Origin: a virus
Lineage: Duplodnaviria > Caudoviricetes
Virus record (IMG/VR): IMGVR_UViG_3300042507_005041
Coordinates: 1-64,000 of that record
DNA length: 64,000 nucleotides
Strand: one strand, 5' to 3'
The notes under the pieces were generated by a model. That model saw only the letters and a program-made list of their open reading frames with translations, searched no databases and was not told the origin of the DNA. Of this stretch, positions 59,186 through 64,000 are shown piece by piece; position 1 is the first letter of the stretch; each line of letters starts with the position of its first letter. A program made the position numbers and the translations under genes.

Positions 59186-61576
59186 TTATTCAGACTCATC
59201 AGGCTGGATAGATTCAAGGGCACGAATGTACCAGTCAACAATCTGACCATCGGTCTTATCGCTGAAGGTGAACAGCCACTGGTCATGACTCTGGTTAGGG
59301 TACTGACGCTTGGCGATGTACGATTGATAGGCGAGCATGAGCACGATCCTGTTGGTGTACTCAATTCCCTTCTCCTCATTGGCATCGGTTCGAGTGAACA
59401 GATCTACCATGTAGGCAACCCAGTCGTGTGCTGTCATGCTACGTTGCTTGGTTGACAACTTGAGGTGAAGGTCTCGTGCCCTGAGCAGTTCATCTTCCGT
59501 GAAGTTGATGTTCATGATCACACTAGGCTCTACCATCGAAGAGTTCAGGTACTCACACATCTCTGCGAACTTAGCACGCACAGTTACCTCACGAAGGAGA
59601 TGTACCTGGCACCATGGTGATTCCTCAACAGTGCTAGATGCTGTGTTCTCTGCATACCTCTTGGGTAGGCGTGATGCCATCCAGAAGATATCCATAGCTG
59701 TACCATTTCGCCCATGCCCAGTAAGGATGTCATCGAAGGTCTTTTCTGCCCATTGCTTGATAATCTTGATATCAGCTGGAGTAGCAAGACCCTGTTGTAG
59801 TGCATCGATGATTTCCTCGTTGGTAGCAACTTGATGATTCAGGTAACCCTTGTTCAATGCGTAGTGCAGCATCTTGGGCAGAACTGATGAGCCAACGCCA
59901 CCAGGAAATGCAAGAGCTGCAAGACGAGTACGACCCTCATCCACCAGAGAGAACCTTGGTCCAATCTTTAGTGAACTCATACCAGGAAGGGATGGAGCAC
60001 CAAATGGATCAGATGGTCGACTAGTTGACTGAGGAACCTTTGTTGTCAGTTCTTCGTAGTCAACCATAGGCGGCTGATCTGTATACTTGTGGAACACAGG
60101 GCCAACAGTCTTGATCGGAATCATTGACCATTCGCCAAAGTCGTTCGGATTACGCAGCAGCACTGCCATCAGTTCGACTGTACCATCAGCCATTCTTACA
60201 CGACGAACATGAACTTTCACGCTGTCATCCAAGTCTGGTCCACCATGGTTAGGGATGTTCTCGATGAAGTACTTGCCCGGCACAACAAAGCAGTGTGTCT
60301 TACCATGATAATAACCATGATCCTTGTACACGTTCTTGAAACCAAAGATCTCTAGGACCTCTTGTGTCATGATGTGCGTAGTGTATGACCATGCGACAGG
60401 CATCCAGTGTTTGCCTTTATCACGCCAGATCTCTCCGACTTGACGACTATGGCCCACACCAAGGTACTGTGTTGCAACTCCGTTAACTGTAAGGAACCGC
60501 AAGTGTTGAGTGGATTCAAATGGCACCCCAAGATTGCTCAGATCCTGGATTGCTTCTTGCACCATCTGAAGGCTTGACCTGTTGTTGCGGAACCTGTCTT
60601 CTTCTTCGGTGCTGTCAGACCTGGTGATACGATCTGCGTTGTCAACCAATGCTGTCATTGCAGTAGTCCTTTCACCATTACGTAGCTTCGTGTTCTCATC
60701 TTCAAGTGAGGCTGTCAAGCATTCGATCAAGTCGTTGTGGGTATACATACCGTTTACTTCTTGATAGATTGCATGAGTCAGGTCGTCACTCTTGACCGGA
60801 ATGGTTGAGTACGAAGGTTCGATTGTCACAAACTGCCAACCAATAGTCTTGATCTCAGACTTGATGTTTGGTTCGAACGTACGAATGTCGTAACCCTTCA
60901 TCATTTTGTCTGGCAGAACAAGAGCATTACCCTTGATTAGGCCGTCTGCAGTGAACACTCGGATCTGAACAATGGTAGTCATACCAGTCAAGATCTTGGA
61001 GATCTGCTTGTTGATCCATTCGCCAGATGCAAGATGGTTACCCGCAATACAACGAATGGCAAAGCTTTGACTGATAGCAGAGATACCATCAACATGTTGG
61101 TCAAGATATCCCTGGTCAAGGTGATCAATTGTTTCAATCTTGATCGTGCCATTTGGAGAATAGTGCCAGGCTGATGCAAGGCGAACAATCTCGGTTAGTC
61201 GCTTTGACATCTTCTTAGAGTTGCCAACAACCAGACCGATATGGTCGAATGCTTCAAGCCAGGCGTCCCCACCATTGTTGAGAGGAGCATCGTTGATCAG
61301 CACAGAGTACTGGTCAGTTGCGTTGCTCCAACGGATCACCTCATTGGGTGATGGGTCAAAGTCAGCCTTTGGTTGGTTAGAACGTGTACGTCCAACAAAC
61401 TTAGGGCTAACCTTACGGACCTCGATCCGGTATTTACCCGGAAAGAAGGTCTCAAGGAAGGCGGGCCAATAAGGTCCACCATCGAATTGCTCAAGGACTT
61501 GTTCATCCTCAAGCAATGGTGTTGCAGTCAAGACTCTGAGCCAGCCTTGACCACGGTTGGTGATTCCATGAAACAT
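59186..61576 (-). CDS. Single-subunit two-barrel (YonO/eukaryotic RdRP-like) RNA polymerase-like protein 1
   Basis: DGISAIS, QIR..LIKG, HGGPDLDD, RNPN, GVG, IIDA; AGGAGG RBS. Confidence 0.7.
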   Translation of the reverse strand: MFHGITNRGQGWLRVLTATPLLEDEQVLEQFDGGPYWPAFLETFFPGKYRIEVRKVSPKFVGRTRSNQPKADFDPSPNEVIRWSNATDQYSVLINDAPLNNGGDAWLEAFDHIGLVVGNSKKMSKRLTEIVRLASAWHYSPNGTIKIETIDHLDQGYLDQHVDGISAISQSFAIRCIAGNHLASGEWINKQISKILTGMTTIVQIRVFTADGLIKGNALVLPDKMMKGYDIRTFEPNIKSEIKTIGWQFVTIEPSYSTIPVKSDDLTHAIYQEVNGMYTHNDLIECLTASLEDENTKLRNGERTTAMTALVDNADRITRSDSTEEEDRFRNNRSSLQMVQEAIQDLSNLGVPFESTQHLRFLTVNGVATQYLGVGHSRQVGEIWRDKGKHWMPVAWSYTTHIMTQEVLEIFGFKNVYKDHGYYHGKTHCFVVPGKYFIENIPNHGGPDLDDSVKVHVRRVRMADGTVELMAVLLRNPNDFGEWSMIPIKTVGPVFHKYTDQPPMVDYEELTTKVPQSTSRPSDPFGAPSLPGMSSLKIGPRFSLVDEGRTRLAALAFPGGVGSSVLPKMLHYALNKGYLNHQVATNEEIIDALQQGLATPADIKIIKQWAEKTFDDILTGHGRNGTAMDIFWMASRLPKRYAENTASSTVEESPWCQVHLLREVTVRAKFAEMCEYLNSSMVEPSVIMNINFTEDELLRARDLHLKLSTKQRSMTAHDWVAYMVDLFTRTDANEEKGIEYTNRIVLMLAYQSYIAKRQYPNQSHDQWLFTFSDKTDGQIVDWYIRALESIQPDESE

Positions 61577-61720
61577 GGGATCCTCCTTTTCCCCTTTGGA
61601 GGCATAGGGATACGCCTTTTTGTTTGATAGAGTCTAGAATTTAAGATCTAGAATCTACCCATAAAGAGAAAACTCCCGGATATTATCCAAGAGTTCTCTC
61701 TCCTGATGGTCGAAGAACGA

Positions 61721-62146
61721 CTAGATTTCGTCGCTCTCCAATTCACCCATCATTTCAGCGAGCTCGGCTGAGATCGAGAACTTGCCGTTCTGGATCTTCA
61801 ACTCTGCATCGCCTGTGCCCCAGCAAGAAGCTGCAAGTCCACGAACCGTTACCTTGTCGGCATTGACGTAAACGTTTTCCTTGACTTCTGTGATGGTCAC
61901 ATCATCAGCCTCGAGAATGAGCTTCTTACCACTCTTCTTGCAAGCAATGTACGCCTTGGTGAAAAGCTCAACCTTCTCAGGGAAAACTTCCATCGTAAGC
62001 GTCAATGCTGGCATTTCGGCCTTGGTCTTACCGGTCTTCTCCTTGAGGAGCTGATCGATAACACCTACCAAGACGGTGTAGAACACAGTTCCATCCTCCC
62101 TCTTGTTGGCCTTCGGTGCTGTATTGATGTACAGGGACTTCTTCAT
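61721..62146 (-). CDS. Beta-rich protein, paralog of 58602-59024
   Basis: GGAGG RBS before ATG 62146. Confidence 0.8.
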   Translation of the reverse strand: MKKSLYINTAPKANKREDGTVFYTVLVGVIDQLLKEKTGKTKAEMPALTLTMEVFPEKVELFTKAYIACKKSGKKLILEADDVTITEVKENVYVNADKVTVRGLAASCWGTGDAELKIQNGKFSISAELAEMMGELESDEI

Positions 62147-62330
62147 GACAACCTCCAAGTTGTATGTAGAACGCGTATGTACACAGTGCACACACGACTA
62201 CTATTTATTCGTTTAACCTGGAGCTGTTAAGCCACAGGACCCGCACCCTAAAGCACTGGCTGGATATAGACCTAGGGTCTACCCATAAAAGAAAAACTCA
62301 GGAACTGACCCTGAGTTAATCTTCTTATTG

Positions 62331-62534
62331 TTAATCAAACAACGTTGGCTTTTGTTGCCTCTTTAGCTTTGCAAACTCCCTGCCTGTTTTGTTGTTTTCC
62401 TTCCATTCGTTAAAATGTAAGTCACAAAGTGCCATCGGGCGAGGATAAGACACATATTGTCCTTCACCTCTACGAAGCTTGACGTTGCAAAGATGTCCTT
62501 GACACCATGCTCCGTCACGTGATTGATAAGCCAT
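62331..62534 (-). CDS. Small Cys/His protein
   Basis: C....C...LCDLH; GAGG RBS. Confidence 0.65.
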   Translation of the reverse strand: MAYQSRDGAWCQGHLCNVKLRRGEGQYVSYPRPMALCDLHFNEWKENNKTGREFAKLKRQQKPTLFD

Positions 62535-62658
62535 TACTGACCTCTTTCTGTTGGGCCTAGACTTCCATATCTAGGATTTACCCATAAAGAGAAAACCCCC
62601 GTTAGGGGGCAATCTCCTTCTTCTAAGTACCTAAACTCAGGAATGTCACCAGCTTTAA

Positions 62659-62991
62659 TTAGCTGTTAGGGCACTTGCCTTCTACAAGAAAGCGCTTTGA
62701 ACGCATGCATCCATATTCTTCAACTCGAACCACAACCTTGTGGTAGTGGATTCCGTCTCCTGGAACACGTACATATGCTTTCTTGAAGAGTCCTCCAATA
62801 ATCCTGCCAACACCCCAAGAGATGTCTGACAGCTCATCTTTAAACTCTGCAATGCTGCGAACTTCAAGCAATTCGTAGAATTCACCACGACGCTTTCCAT
62901 CCACAAGTTCACGACTGAAGAGGTCTGCGACCCCATCTCGCCAAGAACGCACTTGCATGCATCCGCACCATTGAACCTTATTCCGGCTCAT
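62659..62991 (-). CDS. Possible MazG/dUTPase-like helical protein
   Basis: EFYE...DELSD acidic pattern; AAGGA RBS. Confidence 0.45.
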   Translation of the reverse strand: MSRNKVQWCGCMQVRSWRDGVADLFSRELVDGKRRGEFYELLEVRSIAEFKDELSDISWGVGRIIGGLFKKAYVRVPGDGIHYHKVVVRVEEYGCMRSKRFLVEGKCPNS

Positions 62992-63114
62992 AGTTTCCTT
63001 TCGGGTAGTCTCAACCAAGAGACTTTAGTTATACCCATAAAAAGAAAACTCCCCGAAGGGAGTCTTCTTCTTCTTCTAAGTACTTAAACTCAGGAATGTC
63101 AATCAGTTGTCTGA

Positions 63115-63621
63115 CTATTTTGTTGCAAGCTCCAAATGCTTTTCGTTGTCAGCGTCGTACTTAGCTTTGATTACAAACTCAAGATTAAACTTCTCAAGGA
63201 TGGCTTTAACAAAATCAATTGTCAATCCAACATGAGTGTAATCATTAAGGGTAACTAGCATGTACTCAGGAGCACCATAGTTAAGGTGAATGCTTGGACG
63301 GCCAGACCATGGGCCACGGATGCTACGAAGTGAACCATCTTTCATTTTGAGATGAAATATGGCCTTACCATAACCGCCATGACATTTGTCGTCACCAGGG
63401 TGCATAAAGCAGTTGACTGCTGCTCCATCACGCGTGGTTCCTACAAAGCAACCGATGTCTTCGGCATCCAAACCAGCGTTGAACTCATAAATGATTTCGG
63501 ATTCTGACAAAAAGCCAGGAGATGTCTCCAGACTTAATTGCCACCAGCCGTTTCTGTTATGAGTAACGTCAGCCTTAACTACCTTTTCCAGTCGATGCTG
63601 GAATGCTTGGTTGTTGTTCAC
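63115..63621 (-). CDS. Hypothetical protein
   Basis: GGAGG RBS before GTG 63621; GGYG...F...M.DG......GPW. Confidence 0.7.
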   Translation of the reverse strand: MNNNQAFQHRLEKVVKADVTHNRNGWWQLSLETSPGFLSESEIIYEFNAGLDAEDIGCFVGTTRDGAAVNCFMHPGDDKCHGGYGKAIFHLKMKDGSLRSIRGPWSGRPSIHLNYGAPEYMLVTLNDYTHVGLTIDFVKAILEKFNLEFVIKAKYDADNEKHLELATK

Positions 63622-63779
63622 AATTCCTCCTAGAAGTGTGATTTGCCCACACCACCACGGTGTAGGACTTGGCAATCTTGCGACTACCCATAAAAAGAAA
63701 ACTCCCGAAGGAGTCTTCTTAATCACCAATTATAATAATATGTATAGGATGGTGAATCCTCTAATGCTCAGTAGCCTAG

Positions 63780-64000
63780 TTAGGCAAACTGAGTGGTGTA
63801 GTTTGCACCTTCAGCCAGAAGGTCTTTGATAACCTTCTCTAGCTTTTGGTAGCACTCCTCATAGGAGCGATCATTGCCAACCTCATTGTTGAACTCGATA
63901 TTTTCGAGCAAACCAATGATACGGTTCTCAACATCGGCACTAACGTAAAGCTCATCGTAACCAAAGAAGGTCCAGTGAGCAATATAAGCACGACCCTCGG
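63780..64000 (-). CDS. 3' end of a gene entering from beyond the window
   Basis: Open minus frame ...EGRAYIAHWTFFGYDE...NYTTQFA-stop. Confidence 0.65.
   Translation of the reverse strand, partial: EGRAYIAHWTFFGYDELYVSADVENRIIGLLENIEFNNEVGNDRSYEECYQKLEKVIKDLLAEGANYTTQFA

Larger units (their letters stand above)
61656..63720 (-). repeat. Five copies of a terminator + TTTATGGGTA cassette
   Basis: Plus-strand TACCCATAAA at 61656, 62280, 62579, 63032 and 63685, each followed by GAAAA(A)C and a hairpin. Confidence 0.9.

Overview
This window looks like part of a large, AT-rich dsDNA bacteriophage genome. WhiB, an Rpf-like transglycosylase, a DUF732-like protein and an actinobacterial-type ferredoxin suggest an actinobacterial host (inference). 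Positions 1-12 kb hold mostly plus-strand virion/lysis-type genes; 12-64 kb is an almost continuous minus-strand early/middle region. Top finding: a tRNA with glycine identity elements and an anticodon arm two nucleotides too long (8671-8746) can present a four-base anticodon, UCCG. Three nearby genes (holin-like, FN3 virion protein, HExxH protein) are each broken by a +1 frameshift, and each break window contains an in-frame CGG followed by A or T. Together these suggest natural quadruplet decoding (CGGA/CGGU read as Gly) gating late gene expression; a systematic sequencing error is the main alternative. Other notable content: a PRTRC-like ubiquitin module (Ubl, E1, JAB, three E2-like proteins, AAA ATPase, plus a proteasome-beta-like Ntn hydrolase); two YonO/RdRP-like RNA polymerase paralogs with a DxDD motif and two repeated promoter-like motifs; a Nop-domain (TasA-like) protein; tRNAs abutting downstream start codons; a D-arm-less tRNA-Ile(UAU); many structured intergenic RNAs, several with anti-Shine-Dalgarno loops; and tandem DnaA boxes. 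All family calls come from motif recognition by eye; no database searches were run.
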